64,000 bases of DNA from Candidatus Caldarchaeum sp. (GCA_038885755.1 JAVZZH010000001.1:192001-256000), one strand, 5' to 3'. Numbered from the stretch's first letter, positions 1 to 8,921 are shown. Numbers and translations: made by a program. Notes: generated by a model not told the origin, from the sequence alone.

Positions 1-485
1 CAGTCGACGGACCAGCCTATGGCGTCGACCACCTGTCTGTTCTCGGCTGTGTAGTAGGCGCATATGAACTCGGGGTTCTCGAAATACTTGAGAAGGTCTT
101 CATGAACACCGTCGATCTCGACGAGCATTCTCCTGATGGCTTGGTCTCCTCGCCGGAGCCGCTCGCTAGTCCCAGCCACCGCCTCACCCGTCCAGTGCCA
201 CGCCCACGGAAAAAGGACGTTGAACCCCTTCATCCGCTTATAACGGGCTATCACATCGCCTCGAGTGAAAGTGAAGCCGTGGCCTAGGTGTAGTGGGCCG
301 TTTTGGTAGGAGTAGGGGACGCAGATGAAGAATTTAGGCCTAGACTTGTCGGGCTTGGCTTCGAAGAGTCTTGCAGCCTTCCACTCAGCCGACCATCTTG
401 CTTCGTAAGCTTTCGGTGAAGCGATCTTGGACTTAGCCCCAAGGCTGAAGCCGAGGCTAACTAGCTCTATAGTCTCGTTCGTCAA
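1..485 (-). CDS. leuS: Leucyl-tRNA synthetase, N-terminal part (runs off window edge)
   Basis: Not in ORF track. Manual minus-strand translation gives ...PKFFICVPYSYQNGPLHLGHGFTFTRGDVIARYKRMKGFNVLFPWAWHWTG..., with the HIGH-type motif HLGH of archaeal LeuRS. TTG start at 485 is tentative. Confidence 0.9.
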   Translation of the reverse strand, partial: MTNETIELVSLGFSLGAKSKIASPKAYEARWSAEWKAARLFEAKPDKSRPKFFICVPYSYQNGPLHLGHGFTFTRGDVIARYKRMKGFNVLFPWAWHWTGEAVAGTSERLRRGDQAIRRMLVEIDGVHEDLLKYFENPEFICAYYTAENRQVVDAIGWSVD

Positions 486-515
486 CCCGTCTCCGAATGT
501 CTAAAGGTGGTTAAT

Positions 516-1094
516 TTATGTTATGAACTGGCCGCCCTCGACGTCCGGCATCTCCCTCTTCAGCCGCTGCGCCGCTATCTCCGAAGCCTCCTTGAGAATA
601 GCCTCGGCCTCCGGGTCGGAGACGCTGTACCCCGTCACCGTGTCGGAAACCGTTCCCACGCTGACTGAAAGGTCGTCGAGGAGGTCCTGAACACCTCTGA
701 GGCCGTGGGATATCTCGGGCATCACGCCTCCAACGTCTTTCTGGACAGCCATCACCACGGCCGCTACAGGCCCGATGACCTTCTTAACCTCGTTGTAGTC
801 TTTCACGGCTTCAAGCCTGAGCACAACTCCTTCGAGGGAGGCTTGGCTTCTCAAGGTTGCGTGCATCATCTTCCTCAACTGGGCCAATTCGTTGGCGTAG
901 ACGGCGGCTCTCTCGTTGTCCTTCTCCATCTTGGCTCGGACTACTTGGTTGAAAATCTCCCTACCTCTCATCTGCATCGAGCGTGCTTTAGAGTCCATCC
1001 GGCTCTGGATCGTCATCAGCCTAGTTATAATCTCGGTCATCTTCTCCTCGAACGGCCGTGCTGGCTGTGGTTTTTTCCGGAAGAATCTCAGCAT
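516..1094 (-). CDS. ESCRT-III / Snf7-family protein (CdvB1/B2-like)
   Basis: All-helical; RAAVYANELAQLRK, LEGVVLRLE, GVMPEIS and EAEAILKEA match the archaeal Snf7/CdvB pattern. Start probably MLRFF at 1094 (ORF extends to 1145). Confidence 0.85.
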   Translation of the reverse strand: MLRFFRKKPQPARPFEEKMTEIITRLMTIQSRMDSKARSMQMRGREIFNQVVRAKMEKDNERAAVYANELAQLRKMMHATLRSQASLEGVVLRLEAVKDYNEVKKVIGPVAAVVMAVQKDVGGVMPEISHGLRGVQDLLDDLSVSVGTVSDTVTGYSVSDPEAEAILKEASEIAAQRLKREMPDVEGGQFIT

Positions 1095-1203
1095 CTGTCT
1101 CGCCGTTCGCCGGGGCTGATGAGTAAAAAGGTTATCGTGAGCCATTCAGACAGGTGTTGTGTAGGTATTATCCCGGGATGTTGATGAAAAATAAGAAGGA
1201 GGT

Positions 1204-1779
1204 TTAGGTTTTGCTCCTCCACGTCAGGATGTAGCCGAGCCCTCCCAGCAGGACTCCAGCCGCCAGGACGAAGATGAATGCAGCTATCCAGGTTGGGTAG
1301 CCTAACGGTATTCCGTAGAATATGTTGGCGTGCACCTGGCCAGCATTCCATCCCCGTCCGCCGACCTCGACCGGGAGCATGGCAGACCCTCCCAGATAGC
1401 CGCCGACCATCATCATCCAAGTAGCTCCCACGACGCCGACGTTCATCAATATCAGGTGGAGCCATGCTAAGGTGTTTGCAACACCCCTGAAAGGCTTGCC
1501 AAGGACGTTCTCGATGTAATGGTAGAAAAGAGCTGTCACCGCTACACCCATCACTCCGACCACCAGGTATGTCGTGTACCCGACTGTGAACCAGTTGCCG
1601 GCGCTTCCGAAGGCGATGACCCTGCTGAACTCAGGCTTCATGAAACCTAGCTGCCCCACCACCCAGAACAGCGTCAGCCCTGTTGCAAGAGCGCCCTGCA
1701 CGATCGCAGCCACTATAAACCTAGAAGCCCATTTTGAAACTAAAACCTTCTGAGACACGTTACCATTACCTCTATACAT
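1204..1779 (-). CDS. Conserved hypothetical membrane protein (about 4 TM)
   Basis: 191-aa ORF with four hydrophobic segments and intramembrane His (AWLHLIL); upstream TATA-like ttaatat. Confidence 0.7.
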   Translation of the reverse strand: MYRGNGNVSQKVLVSKWASRFIVAAIVQGALATGLTLFWVVGQLGFMKPEFSRVIAFGSAGNWFTVGYTTYLVVGVMGVAVTALFYHYIENVLGKPFRGVANTLAWLHLILMNVGVVGATWMMMVGGYLGGSAMLPVEVGGRGWNAGQVHANIFYGIPLGYPTWIAAFIFVLAAGVLLGGLGYILTWRSKT

Positions 1780-1870
1780 ACATATTAAGTTGTTGCATTC
1801 ACTTGTCTACAAGAGCATGACGATGGTCGCCGCTAAGGTATTTATTAGTGCGGTGGCCGTTGTTAGCTGC

Positions 1871-2001
1871 GGGCCCGTAGCTCAGAATGGATAGAGAGGG
1901 TCTCTGCAGTAGATCCCTAGACTACCGGCCTTCTAAGTCGGGGGTCGTGAGCACGGGGCTGGAAAGCCTCTGCCGACAGGGTTCAAGTCCCACCGGGCCC
2001 G
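1871..2001 (+). tRNA. tRNA-Arg(UCU) with two non-canonical introns (about 1897-1922 at 24/25 and 1950-1979 at 51/52)
   Basis: Acceptor GGGCCCG/CGGGCCC; anticodon arm CCGGC-CTTCTAA-GTCGG; T-loop TTCAAGT. Removing two BHB-bounded hairpins leaves a 75-nt cloverleaf. TATA-like tttatta about 25-30 nt upstream. Confidence 0.9.
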
Positions 2002-2309
2002 CGACAATGCTATACATTAGTCGTCCATCTGCTTTTCTTTCTCAGGGTTGTGCTGCATTTCGGACATCTGCTCATGAGTTTTTGCTTTAGCTATAAGTAG
2101 GATTAGAGGACCTGCGGCTGCGTCGTCAGCGGGTCTTCAGAGTCATCCATCCCGCGTGGAAGCCCCTCCAGCTGTTGATGTCCTTCAGGCCCAAGCCTCT
2201 GTGAAAACACAGCACCCGCCCTCCATGGAATAGAGCGGTAGGCGTCATCGTAGCGCTTTGAGGAAGGTTGATATACCATACGCCTGAAGCATCTAGGCAG
2301 GGGTAGCTG

Positions 2310-3845
2310 TTGGAGGTTTCGTTCAAGGCCATATCGCCCAGCGAGTTCTTCTACAAGAACAGGGACATAGCGGGGTTCAGCAGCCCGTCGAGAAGCCTCT
2401 ACATGAGCATAAGAGAGCTGGTGGAGAACTCGCTCGACGCAGCCGAGGCCGGCAGGATACTGCCGGAGATATTCGTGGAGCTGGTGGAGGAGGATGGAGA
2501 GAAGGGGTTTTACAGGCTCAAAGTGGTGGACAACGGCGTCGGAGTGCCCGGTGATAAAATCCCATCAGCCTTCGCAACAGTCCTCTACGGCAGCAAGTAC
2601 GGCTTCAAGCAGTCTAGGGGAACGTTCGGCCTCGGAGGCACGATGGCCATCCTCTACGGCCAGATAACGACCAACAAGCCCGCCAGAGTGGCTTCCAGCA
2701 CCGACGGCAAAACCATGCACGTCTACGAGCTGATGATAGACGTCGTCGAGAACAAGCCCCGAGTAATCTCGTCGGAGAAAAAACAGAGCCCTAACGGCTG
2801 GAGAGGAACCGCTGTCGAGTTCAGCCTCGAGGCCGACTACACCGGCAGCAGAGCCAAGATCCTTGACTACTTCAAACACACGGCGGTCGTCAACCCCCAC
2901 GCAACCCTCACGTTCGTCGACAGCCGAGGCAGGCTCTACCACTATCCACGATCGGTTGAGAAGGCTCCAGAACCCCCGACGGAGACGCTGCCGCACCCGG
3001 TCGGAGTGGACGTTGAATTGATTACACGGCTCATCTCGGAGACAAAATCCAAGACCCTGATCTCTTTCATGACCTCGTCCTTCCAGAAGGTTGGGCCGAC
3101 GACTGCCCGTGAAGTGATACAGGCCGCTGGGCTGAAGCCCGACGAATCACCCAAGAAGCTAAGCCACGACGAGGTCAGCAGACTGGTCAACACCTTGAAA
3201 ACCTACGGCAGGTTCAGAGCTCCCGACCCAACCCCGCTCAGCCCGGTGGGGAAAGAGTTCCTCGAAGCCGGGATCAAGAAGATCTTCAACCCCGACTTCC
3301 TCTACGTCGTCCAGCGTGAACCATCCTCCTACGGAGGTCATCCCTTCATCGTCGAAGCGGCGGTCGCCTACGGAGGCAACATACCCCCCTCCGACACCTT
3401 CCAGCTATACAGGTTCGCCAACAAAATCCCCCTCCTCTACGACGAAAGAGCAGACGTCGCCTGGAAAGTGGCTGAGGAGAAGGTTGACTGGGCGAACTAC
3501 AAGGTCTCACGCCCCGCGCCCCTAGCCCTCTTCACGAGCATCTGCTCCACGAAGATCCCCTACAAAACCGTCGGCAAGGAAGCCATAGCCGACAGGCCTG
3601 AGATTGAGAAAGAGCTGACGATGGCGCTGCGTGAATGCGGGCGGAACCTTAAGCTCTACCTGTCGAGGATCGAGAAGCGGGAAGCTGCAGCCAAAAGGCT
3701 CAGCATGTACACCAAGTATCTTCCGATGATAGTGGAGTTCTCGGCGAAGGCCGCCGGGCTGGAGAAGCCGGACGTCAAGCCGCTTCTGAAGAAGCTCGGC
3801 ATAGCCTCCGAAGACCTTAAGGATGCTAGGAAGAAGTCGGGGTAA
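2310..3845 (+). CDS. top6B: DNA topoisomerase VI subunit B
   Basis: GHKL motifs ELVENSLDA, DNGVG, QSRGTFGLG; H2TH region; RFANKIPL; KIPYKTVGKEAI. Confidence 0.97.
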   Translation: MEVSFKAISPSEFFYKNRDIAGFSSPSRSLYMSIRELVENSLDAAEAGRILPEIFVELVEEDGEKGFYRLKVVDNGVGVPGDKIPSAFATVLYGSKYGFKQSRGTFGLGGTMAILYGQITTNKPARVASSTDGKTMHVYELMIDVVENKPRVISSEKKQSPNGWRGTAVEFSLEADYTGSRAKILDYFKHTAVVNPHATLTFVDSRGRLYHYPRSVEKAPEPPTETLPHPVGVDVELITRLISETKSKTLISFMTSSFQKVGPTTAREVIQAAGLKPDESPKKLSHDEVSRLVNTLKTYGRFRAPDPTPLSPVGKEFLEAGIKKIFNPDFLYVVQREPSSYGGHPFIVEAAVAYGGNIPPSDTFQLYRFANKIPLLYDERADVAWKVAEEKVDWANYKVSRPAPLALFTSICSTKIPYKTVGKEAIADRPEIEKELTMALRECGRNLKLYLSRIEKREAAAKRLSMYTKYLPMIVEFSAKAAGLEKPDVKPLLKKLGIASEDLKDARKKSG

Positions 3846-3876
3846 AACCTATAAAATCGGCCATACTGTAGGAGGC

Positions 3877-4698
3877 ATGGCAGGCGCGAGGAGAAACCTC
3901 CTTAGAACAATCTTCGGAGCATCCCTGCTAGCCTCTCTGGCTCCTTTCCTCTCATGGGGAGGTTTCCTGCTCAGGCCCGAGGCTAAAGGCGAGAAGCTGA
4001 GACAACGCATCATAAACCTTAAAGACCTACCCGTCAACTCGAAGTATACTTTCCCTTTTCCAGCAACAGGGGACACCATGGTCGACTCGGACCCCTTCCG
4101 GCAGTATATCCTAGTCCACCTACCTTCAGGCGACCTGAGGGCTTTCAGCAAGGTATGCATCCACCTGTGGTGCCTTTACGACTACATACCTGAAAAGAGA
4201 GAGTTCCAGTGCCCATGCCACGGCTCCGTCTACAACCCCGACGTCGGCGTGGCCGTGAGAGGACCGGCCGCCTTCCAGCCGTATCCAACCAACACCCTGC
4301 CCGAGCTCATCCTAGAGGTTGACAGGGATGGAACCGTCTACGCCGTCGGTCTCAAGGGACGGGTCGGGTATGGAAGAGAGTACAAGGCTGAGATGGCTTG
4401 GCTGCAGCAGAGGCAGTCAACCTCCCCCGATACTCCGGTCACGGCTTACGCTCCGTTCAAGGAGGTTCAGACGCCCGAGCAGGCACTTGACATCGTTCAG
4501 CGGAACAACCTCCAGCTCGTCAAGTGGTATGGGTATGCGCAAAAATCTCCACGTGAGAGAGAATGGCTGACAGGCGAAACCGTCAACGACATCTCGGAAG
4601 CAACGGGAATATACGCCGTAGACGTCTCATCCATGCCCGACAGGCTCCTCAAGCTCGCAGAACACCCCCAGATAATCACCCTCATGCCAAGGCAGTAA
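3877..4698 (+). CDS. Rieske 2Fe-2S protein with twin-Arg signal/TM and C-terminal extra domain
   Basis: Boxes CIHLWC and CPCHGS; ARRNLL Tat-like motif; GGAGG RBS before ATG 3877. Confidence 0.9.
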   Translation: MAGARRNLLRTIFGASLLASLAPFLSWGGFLLRPEAKGEKLRQRIINLKDLPVNSKYTFPFPATGDTMVDSDPFRQYILVHLPSGDLRAFSKVCIHLWCLYDYIPEKREFQCPCHGSVYNPDVGVAVRGPAAFQPYPTNTLPELILEVDRDGTVYAVGLKGRVGYGREYKAEMAWLQQRQSTSPDTPVTAYAPFKEVQTPEQALDIVQRNNLQLVKWYGYAQKSPREREWLTGETVNDISEATGIYAVDVSSMPDRLLKLAEHPQIITLMPRQ

Positions 4699-4749
4699 AC
4701 AAGCCCCACAACAAAATAAAATAAACCCCCAAACAACACATATGACGAG

Positions 4750-4864
4750 GCGGGGGTCGCCAAGCCTGGTCAATTTGGTCCAGCGTAAGCTGGACAAAGC
4801 CAGCGGCGCAGGACTGAGGCTCCTGTCCCGAAGGGGTTCGTGGGTTCAAATCCCACCCCCCGCA
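4750..4864 (+). tRNA. tRNA-Leu(GAG) with D-loop intron (about 4773-4804)
   Basis: Acceptor GCGGGGG/CCCCCGC-A; anticodon arm CAGGA-CTGAGGC-TCCTG; long variable arm; T-arm GTGGG-TTCAAAT-CCCAC; hairpin insert GTCCAGC-GTAA-GCTGGAC in the D-loop. Confidence 0.9.
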
Positions 4865-5058
4865 CACTGTGTGTATTAATCTTTATGTGATGTTTTCGCT
4901 GTTTTCAAAAGTATGGAGGGAGTGGTGGGAGTGTTTGGCCGGCGGCGTCAGCAGACCTCTTCTTGTAGGTTATTGCTCCAGCCTCTGCTGGTTGTGAAGC
5001 CTGCATGGTTGTAGAATGTCAGCCGGCGACTGGCGGGAACGTGGAGACGGTAAACACC

Positions 5059-5300
5059 TCACGGTATGATTTTCGAGGCCGTCGTCTCCTCCAGCCATAT
5101 CAGTATGGCTATCTCCCTAGCCTTCTCCAGAACCCATCTGAGGTCTTCGGCAAGATTGTTAACGACTGTTGGCGGTATGTATCTCCTGTAGAAGTCTGCG
5201 GAAGAGTCTATGCTCTTTTCTACGTCTGAGAACGTCATGAGCTTGGATATAACCCCTGCGTCGTCCAAAGCGCAGCACCAAGAGAACTAAGCCTGTAAAT
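5059..5300 (-). pseudogene. Degenerate gene fragment, homologous to 61420-61620
   Basis: DDAGVISKLMTFSDVEKSIDSSADF aligns with DDAGVMAKFVAF-DVEKSIGASADI of the ORF at 61422; nucleotide similarity extends on both sides. Confidence 0.55.
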
Positions 5301-5398
5301 TATGGTATGGAGTAAGGGTTTGGCGTCAGCTCTATTGAGGAAGGCTTTTCAGGAAAAATGGTTTTTAAATCCTTGACGAACCATATGAGCGGCGAAGA

Positions 5399-5473
5399 GC
5401 CCTGGTAGCTCAGCCCGGTTAGAGCGGCCGCCTCGTAAGCGGCAGGTCGAGGGTTCAAAGCCCTCCCAGGGCT
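5399..5473 (+). tRNA. tRNA-Thr(CGU)
   Basis: GCCCTGG/CCAGGGC acceptor; GCCGC-CTCGTAA-GCGGC anticodon arm; upstream ttttaaat TATA box. Confidence 0.95.
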
Positions 5474-5548
5474 ACTTTCCTCCAGCCGGTTGTTTGAAGC
5501 CATGATGTAGAACGTGTTTTATCTCGCGGCCTGACTGCACGTGGAGGG

Positions 5549-6637
5549 TTATATCTCGTCGAGTACACGTTTGAATGTTGTTAAGAATTTCTCGTTCTCA
5601 CGTCTGGACAAAACCGTCACCCTGAGGCAGCCGTCGACCGTGTCGGAAAGGTTTCTGACCACGATGCCCCTTTTCATCAACTCCTCATGAATTTTTGACG
5701 CGTCAACGCCCTCCATCTTGAGAAGCAGGAAGTTAGCCTTGGAGTTGAAGACCTTCACACGCCTGTCTTTCTCCAGCTTTATCCTCAGACGTTCTCTTTC
5801 AGCCACGACCCGTGCCACCCATTTCTTGATTGTTGAGACATCCCTTAAAGCATGCTCGGCGAGCTCCAGAGATATCACGCTCAAGCTGTTTGGGGGCCTT
5901 ACCTTGTTCAGATTCTTCACAGTTTCCTTCGCGGCAAGTGCGTAGCCGACCCTCGCACCGGCCAACGAGAAGGCTTTAGACAGAGTTCTCACTACAACGA
6001 GGTTGGAGTAGCTCGAAGTCAGGTCTGCGAACGTCTGGCCTGCGTACTCGTAGTATGCTTCGTCGACGACTACGATGGCGTCGAGCTCTTTCAGCAGTTT
6101 AACTAGGTCTGTTCTTTCGACGAGGTTGCCTGTGGGGTTGTTTGGGCTGCATAGAAAGACCATCCGCGTCTTGTCGCTTGCTTTGGAAAGCAGGGACTCG
6201 ACGTCGTCTCTGAAGTCCGGCTTACGGGCTACACTTACGACCCTGCCACCCATCACCTCGACGCAAACGCGGAAGTAGGAGTAGGTGGGGCTGCTCACCA
6301 TGGCTACGTCATCCCTGCCGACGTATGCCTGGGCTGTTATCATCAAGCATTCGTCAGCCCCGTTCCCGACCAAGATCTCGTCAACGTCCCTGCCCGTGTA
6401 ATCGCTCAGAGCAACTCTCAACGCCCTGTAAGTGGTGTCGGGGTATAGGTTGACGGGTAGAGAAGACAACCTTTTGGAGAGGAGTTCAAGCCATTTAGAA
6501 GGCCTGAACGGCGAAGTGTTGAGGTCCATCCTGATTATCTTCTCGGGTTTGAGCCCGTATCTCTGCGCTATCTCATAGGAAGGCGTCTCCCACGAGTAGG
6601 GCACGAAACTGCTGAGCTCCGTCCGAATGCTCGGCAT
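5549..6637 (-). CDS. hisC: Histidinol-phosphate aminotransferase
   Basis: GNGADE, CSPNNPTG, VDEAYYEY and the PLP-lysine motif RTLSKAFSLAGARVGY. Confidence 0.9.
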   Translation of the reverse strand: MPSIRTELSSFVPYSWETPSYEIAQRYGLKPEKIIRMDLNTSPFRPSKWLELLSKRLSSLPVNLYPDTTYRALRVALSDYTGRDVDEILVGNGADECLMITAQAYVGRDDVAMVSSPTYSYFRVCVEVMGGRVVSVARKPDFRDDVESLLSKASDKTRMVFLCSPNNPTGNLVERTDLVKLLKELDAIVVVDEAYYEYAGQTFADLTSSYSNLVVVRTLSKAFSLAGARVGYALAAKETVKNLNKVRPPNSLSVISLELAEHALRDVSTIKKWVARVVAERERLRIKLEKDRRVKVFNSKANFLLLKMEGVDASKIHEELMKRGIVVRNLSDTVDGCLRVTVLSRRENEKFLTTFKRVLDEI

Positions 6638-6718
6638 GCCGGTGAGGCTCTGACGCCTCTCCTAATATAAGCATGAACGTTAACCATTTAAATACAGATT
6701 GGCCACGGTTAGAGACGT

Positions 6719-6793
6719 GGGCCGGTAGCTCAGCATGGTTAGAGCGTTCGGCTGATAACCGAAAGGTCGGGAGTTCGAATCTCCCCCGGCCCA
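6719..6793 (+). tRNA. tRNA-Ile(GAU)
   Basis: GGGCCGG/CCGGCCC-A acceptor; TTCGG-CTGATAA-CCGAA anticodon arm; upstream tttaaata. Confidence 0.95.
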
Positions 6794-6921
6794 GCCGTCC
6801 TACCTAGCTGGAGGAAATACTGTGGTTGTGGTTGGAGGATTACCTGTGTACCGTCGTTTCTTATACGCTTATATCTTAGTTTGAGCTCACATGAAATAAA
6901 CAGAACCCGAAGGGATAGCCG

Positions 6922-7407
6922 ATGTCAACTTATGAGGAGAGGCTTGAAAAAGCAACGAGCTTCGACGAGGTCTACAGGCTTGTGAAAGCACTCGTCATGG
7001 AGAGGTATGGCCTCCGCAGGGCGGGGATGGGCTTGGTTCTGGCCGACCTTCCGTCTCAGCTTCTGGCTTACCATGAGGTGGGGTCAAACTCCATCGTCGT
7101 CAACAGAACGCTTCTGAACGCCGTCTCTTCGATCAGCAAGTCGAGGAAAATAGTCAACAGCTATGTCTTCGTCATTCTTCTCCACGAGTATCTTCACACG
7201 CTGGGGTTTGACGAGCGTCAGACGAGGGAGCTTGTGAAGGAGGCTGTCTCATCCGTCTTCCCGTTCGAGCATCCTGCAACAAGGCTGGCCACTTCATCGG
7301 TCTACGAAGTCTTCCCAGAGCTCCGCAACATACCGCTGGCTCCGGGCCCTTCCAAGTCGGTATTAGTCAAGGACTTCGACACGGAAGGCCTGAACTACAT
7401 AGGCTGA
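6922..7407 (+). CDS. Small zincin-like hypothetical protein
   Basis: HEYLH (HExxH) metal-binding motif followed by G.DE. Confidence 0.7.
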   Translation: MSTYEERLEKATSFDEVYRLVKALVMERYGLRRAGMGLVLADLPSQLLAYHEVGSNSIVVNRTLLNAVSSISKSRKIVNSYVFVILLHEYLHTLGFDERQTRELVKEAVSSVFPFEHPATRLATSSVYEVFPELRNIPLAPGPSKSVLVKDFDTEGLNYIG

Positions 7408-7433
7408 TGTGAAAAAGATATATACGTTATTAA

Positions 7434-8654
7434 TTGGTGAGCCCTCACGGCTTGAGAAGCACGCAGGAAATACTGAAGAAGCTGGAGAGGATCGAGAGGC
7501 AGTACCTGTTAAGTATGCGGAATTCCGAGAACTCGAAAGCAGTATCATACTACTACGGCTGGCATCATGCCCTCGAATGGGTCTGGAAAAGAGGAGACCA
7601 AGTGATTGTCGATGAAGTAGTTGGCACGGGAAGATGCAGCGGCTGCGCGGCATGCGTAGCCATCTGCCCGACCAACGTCTTCGACTACGTGGAGGATAGG
7701 CCGATAAACACGAGGCTCAACCACTGCATAGACTGCGACTTGTGCGTCGAATCATGCCCCGAGCTTCATCTTTCGGACGTCGACGTCGAGATGAAGTCCC
7801 TCGACAGCTACGCTTCCCGCGATGACGGCTTTGGACGTTATGGCGACGTTTACCTCACGAGAAGCGCTCGCAGCGAGATCCTTAAACGTTCTCAGGACGG
7901 CGGCACTGTCTCGTCTATTCTAGTGTATTGTCTGGAGAAAGGATTGATCGATGCGGCTGTTGTCTCGACTACAACTCCTGAGAAACCTTTGTACCCGGTG
8001 GCTCGTCTCGTGTTCAGCCCTCAGGAGGTTCTCGAATGCGCAGGGTCGAGATACACCTACGCGCCTAACTTGCTGGCTCTGAGAGAGGCTTACGAGAGGG
8101 GGGTCGACAGGCTGGCTGTGGTCGGCGTGCCCTGCCAGATCGACGGGCTTCGGTATCTACAGCATTCGACTCCAGACCTAGATGTGGCTAAATGGTATGA
8201 AAAGCACGTCGTCTTCAGCGTAGGGCTCTTCTGCTCAGAGGTCTTCACCTACCAAGGTTTGATGAAATACTTTGAGGAAGTGAACGTCGACTCGTCCACG
8301 GTGGAGAAGATAAACATCAAAGGCAAAGTCATAATTACGATGAAGAACGGCGAGGAAATAGTCAAGCCGCTGAAGCAGCTCCACAAATACGAGAGACCTG
8401 CATGCAGGTTCTGTAAGGACTACTCCGCCGAGCTGGCTGATATCGCATGCGGAGGGCTTGCGACGAAGGGATGGACGATCACGGTTGTTCGGACTAGGGC
8501 GGGGCTTTCGATAGTGGAGAGCGCCATCAGGGAAGGGATGCTGGAGTCTAAGCCGGTGAGTTTGGAGGATGAGCCGATGAAGCTGTTGAGGAAATTGTGT
8601 TTGAATAAGAGAGAAAGGCCTTCGCCGCCGCTGAAAACCATGTTCAGCGTTTAA
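7434..8654 (+). CDS. F420-reducing hydrogenase beta subunit / FpoF-like Fe-S flavoprotein (FrhB/FdhB family)
   Basis: Two ferredoxin motifs (CSGCAACVAICP, CIDCDLCVESCP) plus SQDGG, GSRY, VGVPCQ, GLFC and CRFCKD. Confidence 0.88.
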   Translation: MVSPHGLRSTQEILKKLERIERQYLLSMRNSENSKAVSYYYGWHHALEWVWKRGDQVIVDEVVGTGRCSGCAACVAICPTNVFDYVEDRPINTRLNHCIDCDLCVESCPELHLSDVDVEMKSLDSYASRDDGFGRYGDVYLTRSARSEILKRSQDGGTVSSILVYCLEKGLIDAAVVSTTTPEKPLYPVARLVFSPQEVLECAGSRYTYAPNLLALREAYERGVDRLAVVGVPCQIDGLRYLQHSTPDLDVAKWYEKHVVFSVGLFCSEVFTYQGLMKYFEEVNVDSSTVEKINIKGKVIITMKNGEEIVKPLKQLHKYERPACRFCKDYSAELADIACGGLATKGWTITVVRTRAGLSIVESAIREGMLESKPVSLEDEPMKLLRKLCLNKRERPSPPLKTMFSV

Positions 8655-8660
8655 CCCTTT

Positions 8661-8921
8661 CTATTCCTTCTTGAGTTCTTTGTTCAGCTCTTTCTCTATT
8701 TCCTCCAAGGGTTTCGGCGGAGGAGTTGTTGCAAGCGTGTATCCTATCCATCCGATTATCCCTAAGACTCCTGCGACCGCTATGAACCCCGTGAGCTTGA
8801 GCAACAACAGGTCGAGGCCTGCTAAGGGTGGGAGGAAAAGGATCCAGCCATAAACAACGACTCCAACGACGCTGCCCAGCAAAAGAACGGCTCCAAGCGT
8901 CTGGTCTCTGGCCATGCTCAT
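8661..8921 (-). CDS. Conserved small archaeal two-TM protein
   Basis: Two hydrophobic helices followed by WIGYTLATTPPPKPLEEIEKE. Confidence 0.75.
   Translation of the reverse strand: MSMARDQTLGAVLLLGSVVGVVVYGWILFLPPLAGLDLLLLKLTGFIAVAGVLGIIGWIGYTLATTPPPKPLEEIEKELNKELKKE

Noticed and set aside
2002-2309. 300-bp gap after tRNA-Arg as SRP RNA, RNase P RNA or an integrase remnant
   Set aside because: No SRP helix 8 or RNase P P4 consensus and no recognisable protein motif in the frames read; left unannotated.
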